Both the position numbers and the translations under genes were made by a program. A stretch of 61,737 nt of DNA, counting the filler. It is 6 parts of 6 records of this genome, joined end to end, with 100 filler letters (N's around TTAATTAATTAA, not from the genome) between each part and the next. Parts side by side here need not be neighbours in the genome. Positions count along the whole stretch, not along the records: positions 1 to 15,768 come from SRR20825019_2062; positions 15,869 to 22,940 come from SRR20825019_2072; 4 more parts are not named here. The stretch is one strand, 5' to 3'. Shown here piece after piece: positions 12,391-22,615 of the stretch (position 1 is its first letter; each line of letters begins with the position of its first letter). The notes under the pieces were generated by a model that made no database searches, was not told the origin of the DNA, and saw only the letters and a list, made by a program, of their open reading frames with translations.

Positions 12391-13273
12391 AATTTTACTT
12401 TTCTTACTATGTACTACAGCTGTGTTTTCTACGCAAGCTCAAGAACTTAATTGTACCGTTACCATCGATGCTGAACAAACTGGACAACCAAATTTGCAGA
12501 TTTTCCGAACTTTGGAAACTCAACTGCGCGAATTTATAACCAATACAAAATGGACGAACCAGGAATATAAAAATCAAGAGCGTATTGATTGTAACTTTTC
12601 ATTGATAATAAGTCAGTTTGATGGCGATTCTTTTAGTGGTACACTACAAATACAGTCGTCACGTCCAGCATTTGCTTCTACGTACGACAGCCCTGTGTAT
12701 AATTATATAGACAAGCAAGTAAGTTTTAACTATAAAGAATTTGAGCCGTTAAACTTTAACATGAATTCCTTTAGCTCAAATCTCGTTTCTGTAATTGCAT
12801 TTCATGTGTATACGGTTATTGGTTTAGATGCAGATACCTATACAATGAATGGTGGTGAGTCGTATTTTGAAATTGCCAAACAAATAACAAATACAGCGGC
12901 TTCAAGTAATTTTACAGGTTGGAAAGCTACAGACGGAAATCAGTCACGATACAGATATAATGATGCTTTGGTTTCATCTGTTTATAAAGAATTTCATACT
13001 GTAATGTACGAATACCACCGTGATGGAATGGATAAAATGGCGGCAGACCAGAAAGAGGCAAAGCAGAAATTAGCTGATGCAATTAATACGTTAAAAGGTA
13101 TAAATGACAGACGACCAAACTCATACTTATTACGTACTTTCTTTGATGCTAAAAGTGACGAAATACAAGCTATTTTTAGCGGAGGGCCACAAGTAGATAT
13201 TACTAAATTAGTTGAAAATCTTAACAGAATGGCGCCGACTAAACGAAGTAATTGGGCCGAAATTAAGTTTTAG
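12383..13273 (+). CDS. DUF4835 family exported protein (type IX secretion-associated PorD-like)
   Basis: Signal peptide followed by AQELNC; position between coaBC and recN. Confidence 0.75.
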   Translation: MRKILLFLLCTTAVFSTQAQELNCTVTIDAEQTGQPNLQIFRTLETQLREFITNTKWTNQEYKNQERIDCNFSLIISQFDGDSFSGTLQIQSSRPAFASTYDSPVYNYIDKQVSFNYKEFEPLNFNMNSFSSNLVSVIAFHVYTVIGLDADTYTMNGGESYFEIAKQITNTAASSNFTGWKATDGNQSRYRYNDALVSSVYKEFHTVMYEYHRDGMDKMAADQKEAKQKLADAINTLKGINDRRPNSYLLRTFFDAKSDEIQAIFSGGPQVDITKLVENLNRMAPTKRSNWAEIKF

Positions 13274-13421
13274 TTTTCTTCAAGATTACTTAAACTAATT
13301 AATAACTTTCCTCTAAATTTATAACTGCAATCCCAATACTTGAGCCCAACTCAATATTTGAAATTAATACTTTCGAAGTTTAAAAAATAAAGTCTAACTT
13401 TTTAATAGCCAATACCTACAA

Positions 13422-15074
13422 GTGATAACCACATTAGCCATAAAAAACTATGCGCTCATCGAAGATATTCGTGTGGAACTTAATGAAGGTTTAACTATTA
13501 TTACTGGTGAAACAGGAGCAGGGAAGTCAATACTTCTGGGTGCTTTGGCACTTTTATTAGGAAAAAGAGCAGATTTAGGAAGTGTAAAAGACGCTTCTAA
13601 AAAATGTGTGGTTGAAGGTTATTTTCAAATAAAAGACTACGAATTAGAAAATATTTTTGAGGAAAACGATTTAGATTATGAACCTCAAACTATCATTCGT
13701 CGTGAAATTTTACCAAGTGGAAAATCCCGTGCTTTTGTAAACGACACACCTGTTACTTTGGGGCAATTACAAACACTTTCACCATATTTAATAGATGTTC
13801 ATAGCCAGCATGAAACTTTAGAAATTGTTTCAGAAAACTTCCAGATGGAGGTAATTGATGCTTTGGCTGGAAATGCTTCACTATTAAAATCGTATAAAAC
13901 TCAGTTTGAAAATTTCAAAGAGATTTCAGAAAAACTTTTGACTTTGCAAAAGCAAAAAGAAAGCGCTTCTAAAGAACTGGATTTTAATACTTTTCTTTAC
14001 AATGAACTTAAGCAAGCTGGTTTAAAAAAACTAAATCAGCAGGAACTTGAAGATACCTATGAAACGCTAAATAATGCTGAAGCCATACAGGAAGCGCTTT
14101 CAGGGGTAAATAAATTTTTTGATGAAGAACAGATTGGTGCTATTGAAACAGCAAAACAAGCTAGAATTCTTTTAGGAAAAATTAAAGGTTTTTCAGCAAC
14201 TTTTGAAGGTTTTTGGGAGCGTTTAAACAGTGTGATTCTTGAGTTGGAGGATATTTCAAGTGAAGTTAGTGATGCTTCAGAAAAAATTGCAGCAGATCCT
14301 GAAATGTTATTTCAGGTGAATGAAAAATTGCAAACACTCTATAAATTACAACAAAAACATGCAGTTTCAACGGTTTCTGAATTAGTTGAAATAGAAGAGA
14401 AACTAGAAGAAACAGTAACCATTACTTTGGGGCTTGATGAGCAGATTGCAGGTTTAGATAATGAAAAGAAAAGGCTACGTGAAATTGCGTTGCAAACTGC
14501 TATGCAACTTCACAAAAAAAGAGAAGAAGCCATTCCGTTGTTAAAAAAGAAACTTGAAGAAACACTTTATCCTTTAGGCTTGCCAAATGCTCAATTTAAA
14601 TTTGAGCTTTCAACCTCTGATGAATTTAAACAAAATGGCACCGATGTATTGCAATTATTATTTACTGCAAACAAAGGCTTGGCGTTTGGTTCGTTAAAAA
14701 AAGTAGCTTCTGGAGGCGAAATGAGTAGAATAATGCTTGCAATAAAAGCAGTTTTGGCGGAATATAAAAAACTCCCAACAATTGTTTTTGATGAAATTGA
14801 TACTGGTGTTTCAGGTGAAGTTGCTAATAAAATGGCTGCTATAATGCATAAAATGAGTAAAACGATGCAGTTGTTAAGCATCACTCATTTACCGCAGATT
14901 GCTGCCAAAGGCGACCATCATTTAAAAGTATATAAAGAAGATACTAACGAAGTTACCACCACGCACATAGCTGTTTTGAAGGATGATGAGCGCGTTGTAG
15001 AAATAGCGCAAATGATAGGTGGAAAAAATGTTTCGGAAGCGGCACTAGCAAATGCAAAAGAATTATTGAATTAA
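13422..15074 (+). CDS. recN: DNA repair protein RecN
   Basis: TGETGAGKS Walker A, coiled coil, ASGGE, FDEIDTGVSG and THLPQ motifs. Confidence 0.97.
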   Translation: MITTLAIKNYALIEDIRVELNEGLTIITGETGAGKSILLGALALLLGKRADLGSVKDASKKCVVEGYFQIKDYELENIFEENDLDYEPQTIIRREILPSGKSRAFVNDTPVTLGQLQTLSPYLIDVHSQHETLEIVSENFQMEVIDALAGNASLLKSYKTQFENFKEISEKLLTLQKQKESASKELDFNTFLYNELKQAGLKKLNQQELEDTYETLNNAEAIQEALSGVNKFFDEEQIGAIETAKQARILLGKIKGFSATFEGFWERLNSVILELEDISSEVSDASEKIAADPEMLFQVNEKLQTLYKLQQKHAVSTVSELVEIEEKLEETVTITLGLDEQIAGLDNEKKRLREIALQTAMQLHKKREEAIPLLKKKLEETLYPLGLPNAQFKFELSTSDEFKQNGTDVLQLLFTANKGLAFGSLKKVASGGEMSRIMLAIKAVLAEYKKLPTIVFDEIDTGVSGEVANKMAAIMHKMSKTMQLLSITHLPQIAAKGDHHLKVYKEDTNEVTTTHIAVLKDDERVVEIAQMIGGKNVSEAALANAKELLN

Positions 15075-15222
15075 AATGTATCTTTACTTTTTTTAAATGC
15101 AACAAAAAAACTAGTTAAAAAACTGAATTACAGAAACCATACTTTAGGGTTTGGTTTACTGTTTTTAAAGGGAAAAGAAACATTTCATATAAAAATCATT
15201 CAACCATAAAATACTTTAAAAC

Positions 15223-15768
15223 ATGTCTTATAATTTACTAAAAGGAAAACGTGGAATTATTTTTGGGGCGCTGGACGAAAATTCCATTGCTTGGAAAACA
15301 GCAGAACTCATACACGAAGAAGGCGGAAAATTTGTACTAACTAATGCGCCAATTGCTTTAAGAATGGGGCAAATAAAAGAACTTGCCGAAAAAACAAATT
15401 CTGAAGTTATCCCAGCAGATGCTACAAGTTTGGAAGACCTAGGAAACCTTGTAGATAAAGCTACAGAAATATTAGGAGGCAAATTAGACTTTGTTTTGCA
15501 TTCTATCGGGATGTCTGTAAACGTTCGTAAAGGGAATCATTACACCAACCAGAACTATGATTTTACACATAAAGGTTGGGATATTTCTGCGGGATCATTT
15601 CATAAAACAATGCAGGTGCTTTATCAAAAAGACGCTATGAACGAGTGGGGGAGCATCGTTGCGCTTACCTATATGGCGGCACAGCGTGTTTTTCCAGATT
15701 ATAACGATATGGCAGATAACAAAGCGTATTTGGAGAGTATAGCGCGTAGTTTTGGATATTTCTTCGGA
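15223..15768 (+). CDS. fabI: Enoyl-ACP reductase (FabI-type SDR), truncated at contig end
   Basis: LLKGKRGIIFGALDENSIAW, LDFVLHSIGMS and Y..M...K motifs. Confidence 0.88.
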
Positions 15769-15868
15769 NNNNNNNNNNNNNNNNNNNNNNNNNNNNNNNN
15801 NNNNNNNNNNNNTTAATTAATTAANNNNNNNNNNNNNNNNNNNNNNNNNNNNNNNNNNNNNNNNNNNN
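15769..15868. other. Artificial contig spacer
   Basis: N44-TTAATTAATTAA-N44; the linker gives stop codons in all six frames. Confidence 0.99.
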
Positions 15869-16060
15869 AAAGGAAAATAATTTAATCCATTTCGACCAAG
15901 AGCCATTCGGTAAACTAAGGACAGGCTCTGGGGGATAAAAACCCTCAATGAGGAATTTAATAAAAGTTATGAAATGCCTATTAGCAGTTTTATCAAACCA
16001 AACAATGTAATAATTAATGGTATTACATCCGACTTTTAAAAAAGCAATAAAAATAAACGT

Positions 16061-17461
16061 ATGAAAACATATCATTTAAAAACTAATTACAAACAAATAC
16101 TAGCGGACACCATTACTCCTGTAAGTGTTTACTTAAAAATACGAGACCGCTATCCAAATAGTATCCTGCTAGAAAGTAGCGATTATCATGCAAACGATAA
16201 CAGTTTTTCTTATATCTGTTTTAATCCAATTGCTACAATTAAGGTTGAAAACAATGTTATTTCAAAAACATTTCCAGACGGGGAATCTTCAGAAGAAAAA
16301 ATTACAAAAGAGGTGCATGTGCCGTCGGTTATTGAAGATTTTACAAAGCATTTCAAAACCGATAAAACCGATTTTAAGTTTATAAACAACGGTCTTTTTG
16401 GCTATATTGCTTATGATGGGGTTCAATATTTTGAGGATCTTGAAATTTCTAAAAAACAAGATTCTTTAAATATTCCTGATATTTATTATGCAGTTTACCA
16501 AAATATAATTGCCATCAATCATTTTAAAAATGAAGCCTATATCTTTTGTCATTGTTATGATTGCGACACTAATATTGACGATATCCATCAACTTCTTCAA
16601 GCTAAAAACTTTGCTTCCTATAATTTTAATAAAGTAGGCGAGCCTACCTCTAAATTAGAAGATAACGATTATAAAAAATTAGTAGAAAATGCAAAAAAAC
16701 ATTGTCACAGAGGGGATGTTTTTCAATTAGTTCTTAGTCGCAGATTTGCACAAAAATTTAAAGGGGATGAATTTAATGTCTACAGAGCATTACGCTCCAT
16801 AAACCCCTCCCCTTACCTGTTTTATTTTGACTATGGAAACTTTAAAATTTTCGGAAGTTCTCCAGAAGCTCAATTAATTGTAAAAGACAACAAAGCAGAA
16901 ATCCATCCAATAGCGGGAACATTTAAGCGTACTGGAAACGATGAAAAAGATGCGGAATTAGCAAAACAATTGGCGGTGGACGAAAAAGAAAATAGTGAAC
17001 ATGTAATGTTAGTTGACTTAGCAAGAAACGACCTCAGCAGAAATGGAAATACAGTTGAAGTAGAAACCTATCGAGAAGTACAATTTTTCTCTCATGTTAT
17101 TCATTTAGTCTCTAAAGTTACAGGACAGAAAAAGAAAGAAATTCCAACAATGCAAGTAGTTGCAGATACCTTTCCCGCAGGAACTCTAAGTGGAGCACCA
17201 AAATATATGGCAATGCAACTTATTGATAAATATGAAGCTACCAATCGAGATTATTATGGAGGAGCAATAGGCTTTATGGATTTTGAAGGGAATTTTAATC
17301 ACGCTATTATGATCCGTACTTTTTTAAGTAAAAATCACGAGCTGTACTATCAAGCTGGCGCAGGGATTGTTTCTGAATCAAAACCAGAAAGCGAATTACA
17401 AGAAACATATAACAAATTAGGAGCTTTGAAAAAAGCTATGGAAATGGCGGAAGATATATAG
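16061..17461 (+). CDS. trpE: Anthranilate synthase component I
   Basis: LLES, NPSPY, GSSPE, PIAGT, EHVMLVDLARND and PAGTLSGAPK motifs. Confidence 0.96.
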   Translation: MKTYHLKTNYKQILADTITPVSVYLKIRDRYPNSILLESSDYHANDNSFSYICFNPIATIKVENNVISKTFPDGESSEEKITKEVHVPSVIEDFTKHFKTDKTDFKFINNGLFGYIAYDGVQYFEDLEISKKQDSLNIPDIYYAVYQNIIAINHFKNEAYIFCHCYDCDTNIDDIHQLLQAKNFASYNFNKVGEPTSKLEDNDYKKLVENAKKHCHRGDVFQLVLSRRFAQKFKGDEFNVYRALRSINPSPYLFYFDYGNFKIFGSSPEAQLIVKDNKAEIHPIAGTFKRTGNDEKDAELAKQLAVDEKENSEHVMLVDLARNDLSRNGNTVEVETYREVQFFSHVIHLVSKVTGQKKKEIPTMQVVADTFPAGTLSGAPKYMAMQLIDKYEATNRDYYGGAIGFMDFEGNFNHAIMIRTFLSKNHELYYQAGAGIVSESKPESELQETYNKLGALKKAMEMAEDI

Positions 17462-17540
17462 CTGATAGTTTTTTGGTTATGGTAACAACAAACCATTTCC
17501 AATAAAACTTTCAACTTTAAAATTTTACAAACTTATAGAA

Positions 17541-18104
17541 ATGAAAAAAGTATTAGTTATAGATAACTACGACAGTTTTACTTACAACTTGGTGCACTAT
17601 TTAGAAGATTTAGGTTGCGAAGTAACTGTAAGAAGAAACGACCAATTAACCATAGAAGACGTGGCTCCTTTTGACAAGATTGTCCTCTCTCCAGGCCCTG
17701 GAATTCCAGAGGAAGCGGGTTTATTAAAAGAAATTATAAAAACCTATGCGCCTAGCAAAAGTATTTTTGGGGTTTGCCTAGGGCAACAAGCTATTGGAGA
17801 AGTATTTGGTGGGAAACTCATTAATATAGATGAAGTTTACCATGGAGTGGCTACAAAAATTGAAATCACCCAAGAAGATCCTATTTATAAAGGTTTACCA
17901 AAAGAAATTGAGGTAGGAAGGTATCACAGCTGGGTAGTAGACCCTAATTTGCCCAACGTTTTAAAAGCTACTTCATATGATAAAAACGGACAAGTAATGT
18001 CTCTTACTCATACCGAATATGATGTCTGCGGAGTTCAATACCATCCTGAATCGGTTTTGACTCCAGATGGTAAAAAAATATTGGAGAATTGGCTTACTAA
18101 ATAG
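17541..18104 (+). CDS. trpG: Anthranilate synthase component II (glutamine amidotransferase)
   Basis: IDNYDSFTYNL, SPGPG, GVCLG, RYHS and QYHPES motifs. Confidence 0.96.
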   Translation: MKKVLVIDNYDSFTYNLVHYLEDLGCEVTVRRNDQLTIEDVAPFDKIVLSPGPGIPEEAGLLKEIIKTYAPSKSIFGVCLGQQAIGEVFGGKLINIDEVYHGVATKIEITQEDPIYKGLPKEIEVGRYHSWVVDPNLPNVLKATSYDKNGQVMSLTHTEYDVCGVQYHPESVLTPDGKKILENWLTK

Positions 18105-18196
18105 ATGTTAGAATTAAGTACAAAGTAGTTAGATTAAATATTTAAATCGATTTTTTTAAACACTAACCACTTAACTAACAACTCAATACTATTAAA

Positions 18197-19189
18197 ATGA
18201 AAGAAATACTAAACAGACTTATAAATCACGAAACCATATCGAAGGAAGAAGCTAAAAATGTATTAGTAAATATTTCGAATGGTTCGTACAATACGAGTCA
18301 GATTGCGGCTTTTTTGACCGTTTACATGATGCGAAGCATCACTATTGAAGAATTAGAAGGTTTCCGAGATGCCCTTTTAGATTTATGCTTAGCTGTAGAT
18401 TTAAAAGATTACAATGCTATAGACTTATGTGGAACTGGAGGTGATGGCAAGGACACTTTTAACATCTCAACATTGGCATCTTTTGTTACAGCTGGCGCTG
18501 GAGTACATGTTACTAAACATGGAAATTACGGAGTTTCTTCTAAATGTGGTTCTAGTAATGTAATGGAATATTTAGGAATTAAATTTTCAAACAATCAAGA
18601 TTTCTTAAAAAAATCTATTGACAAAGCTGGAATCTGTATTTTACACGCGCCCCTTTTCCATCCTGCCATGAAAAATGTGGCTCCAATTAGAAAAGAATTG
18701 GCTGTAAAAACCTTTTTTAATATGCTCGGTCCCATGGTAAACCCAGCCTTTCCTAAAAATCAAATGGTAGGCGTTTTCAATTTAGAATTAGCTAGAATGT
18801 ATGGCTATCTATATCAAAACACCGATAAGAATTATACCATTTTACATGCTTTAGATGGTTATGATGAAATCTCCCTGACAGGGCCTGCAAAAGCTATCCG
18901 TAATCAAACCGAGCAAATGCTTTCTGCTCAAGATTTTGGTGTAAAAGAACACGCTCAAGCAGCTATTACAGGAGGAGATTCTATAGAAGCTTCCGCTAAG
19001 ATTTTTGTGAATGTTTTAAGCGGAAAAGGTACAGAAGCACAAAATAATGTGGTATGTGCCAATGCAGGAATGGCCATTGCAACGGTAAAAGAACTCACTC
19101 CAATTGAAGGTTTTGAACTAGCCAAAGAATCGCTTTTAAGCGGAAAAGGAATGGAAGCGTTTAAGAAATTGAAAGATTTAACAATTTAA
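18197..19189 (+). CDS. trpD: Anthranilate phosphoribosyltransferase
   Basis: CGTGGDG..TFNIST, KHGN, FHPAMK and DEIS motifs. Confidence 0.97.
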   Translation: MKEILNRLINHETISKEEAKNVLVNISNGSYNTSQIAAFLTVYMMRSITIEELEGFRDALLDLCLAVDLKDYNAIDLCGTGGDGKDTFNISTLASFVTAGAGVHVTKHGNYGVSSKCGSSNVMEYLGIKFSNNQDFLKKSIDKAGICILHAPLFHPAMKNVAPIRKELAVKTFFNMLGPMVNPAFPKNQMVGVFNLELARMYGYLYQNTDKNYTILHALDGYDEISLTGPAKAIRNQTEQMLSAQDFGVKEHAQAAITGGDSIEASAKIFVNVLSGKGTEAQNNVVCANAGMAIATVKELTPIEGFELAKESLLSGKGMEAFKKLKDLTI

Positions 19190-19238
19190 GGATTGAAAGA
19201 TGGGAGTTGGGAGGCGGAAAACACATAGAAAATTAAAA

Positions 19239-19261
19239 GATTGAAGAATTGAAAGATTGAA
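19239..19261 (+). repeat. Left arm of a perfect 23-bp inverted repeat (8-nt TTGAA-type units)
   Basis: gattgaagaattgaaagattgaa is the exact reverse complement of 19722-19744. Confidence 0.93.
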
Positions 19262-19334
19262 GGACTTGATAGGTGATGGATGTCGGAAAAAACTATTATT
19301 TAAAATATGGAAACGTATAAGGAATTTAAAGATT

Positions 19335-19696
19335 ATGACTAAATCTTTTGAAGAATTTGAAGTCTATAAAAAAGGAATCCTATTAGCTAAATTGATTTTT
19401 GAATTAGTAAACAACAAACCTTTTGAAAGAGAATTTGGATTCAAAGATCAAATAAAAAGAGCTGTAATTTCAATAACTAATAACATAGCTGAAGGATCTG
19501 AATATAAAACAACAAACAATTTATTAAATATTTGAAAATTGCAAAAGGTAGTTGTTCAGAAGTAAGAAGCATGTTGATTTTAGCAAAAGAATTGGAATTA
19601 ACATCTCCATTAGAGATTGAAAAAAGTTATTATTTAAGTATCGAAATTTCTCAAAACCTATCCAATTTCATCAAATATTTAAAAACTAAAATGTAA
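19335..19696 (+). pseudogene. Four-helix-bundle protein (23S rRNA IVP / TIGR02436-like) with a 1-nt frameshift near 19505-19510
   Basis: MTKSFEEFEVYKK...FGFKDQIKRAVISITNNIAEGSEY, then in the -1 frame NNKQFIKYLKIAKGSCSEVRSML...LKTKM*. About 120 aa once repaired. Confidence 0.88.
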
Positions 19697-19721
19697 AGTT
19701 AAATATGCCTATATCAAATTA

Positions 19722-19744
19722 TTCAATCTTTCAATTCTTCAATC
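19722..19744 (-). repeat. Right arm of the perfect 23-bp inverted repeat
   Basis: ttcaatctttcaattcttcaatc. Confidence 0.93.
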
Positions 19745-19767
19745 ATTAAATCTTATAAACAGAAAAA

Positions 19768-20553
19768 ATGAACATCCTAGATAAAATAGTAGCAGATAAA
19801 AGAAATGAAGTTGCTTTAAAAAAAGAATTAATTCCTATTTCACAATTGGAGTCAAGCGTGCTCTTTGAGCGTGATTGTGTTTCTTTAGCCAATAAACTGA
19901 GCGCTAGCAACACTGGCATTATTGCCGAACATAAACGTCGTTCTCCTTCAAAATCGGTTATCAATCAATCTTTAAACGTACAAGATGTAGCAAAAGGTTA
20001 TGAAGATGCAGGAGTATGCGGGATGTCGGTTTTAACAGATGGCAAGTATTTTGGAGGCTCTTTAGACGATTTGCTATTGGCTAGAGCCGCTGTTCAAATG
20101 CCTTTATTACGAAAAGAATTTATCATCGACCCATATCAGATAATAGAAGCTAAAGCTTTTGGTGCTGATGTAATTTTATTAATAGCAGCTATTTTAACTC
20201 GCAATGAGATAAAATCATTATCTGAAGCAGCTAAAAATTTAGGTTTAGATGTATTATTAGAGATCCATAATGAAGAAGAATTACAGAAATCTATTATGCC
20301 GAGTCTGGATATGTTAGGAGTAAACAATCGGAATTTAAAGACTTTTGAGGTGAGTTTAGACATCAGTAAAACCTTATCAGAAAAAATTCCTCACGATTTT
20401 GTAAAAGTGTCGGAAAGTGGAATTAGTTCTATTAAAGCTATAAAAGACCTACAGCAATTTGACTACAAAGGCTTCTTAATAGGCGAGAATTTTATGAAAA
20501 CTGGAGATCCAGGAGCAAGTGCAAAAGAGTTTATTGGGAAATTAAAAGATTGA
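19768..20553 (+). CDS. trpC: Indole-3-glycerol phosphate synthase
   Basis: IIAEHKRRSPS, SVLTD..YFGG, LRKEF, GVNNRNL and SESGI motifs. Confidence 0.97.
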   Translation: MNILDKIVADKRNEVALKKELIPISQLESSVLFERDCVSLANKLSASNTGIIAEHKRRSPSKSVINQSLNVQDVAKGYEDAGVCGMSVLTDGKYFGGSLDDLLLARAAVQMPLLRKEFIIDPYQIIEAKAFGADVILLIAAILTRNEIKSLSEAAKNLGLDVLLEIHNEEELQKSIMPSLDMLGVNNRNLKTFEVSLDISKTLSEKIPHDFVKVSESGISSIKAIKDLQQFDYKGFLIGENFMKTGDPGASAKEFIGKLKD

Positions 20554-20627
20554 AAAATTAAAAAATTGGTAAAGCTGTAAATTTGTTAAGTAATTACCTT
20601 CAATTCTATCTCTAACGATACAAAAAA

Positions 20628-21320
20628 ATGGACAAATCGGATTCAAATAACACTCTCAAACCCAAACATCCACATAGAAGCGTTGAGATAGGTCTCAAAA
20701 TATGTGGAATGAAATATGAAGATAATATCAGAACTATTGCAGGGTTACAACCAGATTATCTCGGGTTTATTTTTTATGAAAAATCGGCACGTTTTAATGA
20801 GGACGTTATTCCAGAATTACCAAAAAACATCAAAAAAATAGGTGTTTTTGTAAACGCAACTATTGATTATATAATTGAAAAAGTTAATCAGCATCATTTA
20901 AACGGAGTTCAATTACATGGGGATGAATCGGTCGAATTTTGTCAAAATCTAAAAAAAGAACTTCCTCATAAAACAATAATCATAAAAGTGTTTTCTATTA
21001 AAGATGAATTTGATTTTTCAATCTTGTCTCCGTATGAAAAAATAGCCGATTATTATTTATTCGACACCAAAGGGAAACTCCCTGGAGGCAACGGATATAC
21101 CTTTAATTGGGAAGTACTAAAAAATTATCCATCAGAAAAACCGTTCTTTCTAAGTGGCGGAATTGGTACAGAACACATTGAAAAAATAAAACATATCAAT
21201 CCTAATCTCCCAATTCATGCTATTGATGTAAATAGTAAATTTGAAGTGGAACCTGGATTGAAAAACGCAGCACAATTAAAAGATTTTATTTCGAGATATA
21301 AAAATGTTTCTAGAGAATAG
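20628..21320 (+). CDS. trpF: Phosphoribosylanthranilate isomerase
   Basis: LKICG, GFIFY, VQLHGDE, GGNG..F.W and LSGG motifs. Confidence 0.95.
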   Translation: MDKSDSNNTLKPKHPHRSVEIGLKICGMKYEDNIRTIAGLQPDYLGFIFYEKSARFNEDVIPELPKNIKKIGVFVNATIDYIIEKVNQHHLNGVQLHGDESVEFCQNLKKELPHKTIIIKVFSIKDEFDFSILSPYEKIADYYLFDTKGKLPGGNGYTFNWEVLKNYPSEKPFFLSGGIGTEHIEKIKHINPNLPIHAIDVNSKFEVEPGLKNAAQLKDFISRYKNVSRE

Positions 21321-21412
21321 AATTGGGGACTAGGAAATTAAAAGAGATATAGTCACTACTCTTTTCCTCCCTACTTTAAACTTTAAAACATTCAACTTTA
21401 CAACTAAAAAAA

Positions 21413-22597
21413 ATGGACACATACAATGTAAACGAAAAAGGATATTATGGAGAATTTGGAGGTGCATATATTCCAGAAATGCTCTATCCAAATGTTGAAG
21501 AACTACGTCAGCAATATCTTTCAATTATGAATGAAGATTCTTTCAAGGAAGAATTCAATCAATTACTAAAAGATTATGTAGGACGCCCTTCTCCATTATA
21601 TTTTGCCAAGCGATTGTCTGAAAAACATGGAGCAAAAATTTATTTAAAAAGGGAAGACCTTAACCATACAGGAGCTCATAAAATAAACAATACCATCGGG
21701 CAAATATTAATGGCCAAAAAGCTAGGCAAGAAAAGAATTATTGCTGAAACAGGCGCTGGACAACACGGTGTTGCAACCGCTACTGTTTGTGCACTTATGG
21801 GTATAGATTGTGTAGTTTATATGGGAGAAATTGATATTGCTCGCCAATCTCCAAATGTGGCTCGAATGAAAATGCTTGGCGCCGAAGTACGCCCTGCCCT
21901 CTCTGGGAGTCGCACTCTTAAAGACGCCACCAACGAGGCTATTCGAGATTGGATTAACAACCCAGTAGATACGCATTACATTATTGGATCGGCTATTGGT
22001 CCACATCCATATCCAGATATGGTAACACGCTTTCAAAGCATTATTTCCGAAGAAATAAAATGGCAGCTACAAGAAAAAGAAGGTCGCCAAAATCCCGATT
22101 ATGTAGTAGCTTGTATAGGTGGAGGAAGTAACGCTGCAGGTACTTATTATCATTTTTTAGATGACGAAAAAGTAGGTATCATAGCTGTAGAAGCCGCTGG
22201 AAAAGGTATTGACTCTGGGGAAAGTGCTGCTACTTCAGTTTTAGGAAAAGAAGGCATTATTCACGGCTGTAAAACCCTATTAATGCAAACCCCCGATGGG
22301 CAAATTACTGAGCCTTATTCCATTTCGGCAGGATTAGATTACCCTGGTGTTGGCCCAATGCATGCACATTTGTATAATTCGGGTCGTGGAGAATTTTTCT
22401 CTGTAACCGATAATGATGCTATGAAAGCAGGATTAGAATTATGCAAAACAGAAGGAATTATTCCTGCAATTGAAAGTTCTCATGCCTTGGCAATATTTAA
22501 TCATAAAAAATTCAACCAAAATGACGTTGTTGTAATTAGTTTATCCGGTCGTGGCGACAAGGATTTAAATACATACATTGATTATTTTGATTTGTAA
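21413..22597 (+). CDS. trpB: Tryptophan synthase beta chain
   Basis: [29 protein letters not shown] and [11 protein letters not shown] motifs. Confidence 0.98.
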   Translation: MDTYNVNEKGYYGEFGGAYIPEMLYPNVEELRQQYLSIMNEDSFKEEFNQLLKDYVGRPSPLYFAKRLSEKHGAKIYLKREDLNHTGAHKINNTIGQILMAKKLGKKRIIAETGAGQHGVATATVCALMGIDCVVYMGEIDIARQSPNVARMKMLGAEVRPALSGSRTLKDATNEAIRDWINNPVDTHYIIGSAIGPHPYPDMVTRFQSIISEEIKWQLQEKEGRQNPDYVVACIGGGSNAAGTYYHFLDDEKVGIIAVEAAGKGIDSGESAATSVLGKEGIIHGCKTLLMQTPDGQITEPYSISAGLDYPGVGPMHAHLYNSGRGEFFSVTDNDAMKAGLELCKTEGIIPAIESSHALAIFNHKKFNQNDVVVISLSGRGDKDLNTYIDYFDL

Positions 22598-22615
22598 AAC
22601 GCAAATAAGAAACAA

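Noticed and set aside
15813-15824. TTAATTAATTAA repeated five times in the window
   Set aside because: Always centred in N runs; an artificial linker, not a biological repeat
15948-16010. Short ORF upstream of trpE (MRNLIKVMKCLLAVLSNQTM) as a trp attenuator peptide
   Set aside because: No Trp codons and no clear terminator/antiterminator pair; the real leader may lie beyond the contig edge
19169-19270. Tandem 8-mers as a CRISPR array
   Set aside because: Units are 8 nt with no unique spacers, and no cas genes are present
19335-19696. Diversity-generating retroelement, given the Avd-like fold of the four-helix-bundle protein
   Set aside because: No reverse transcriptase and no template/variable repeat pair in the contig
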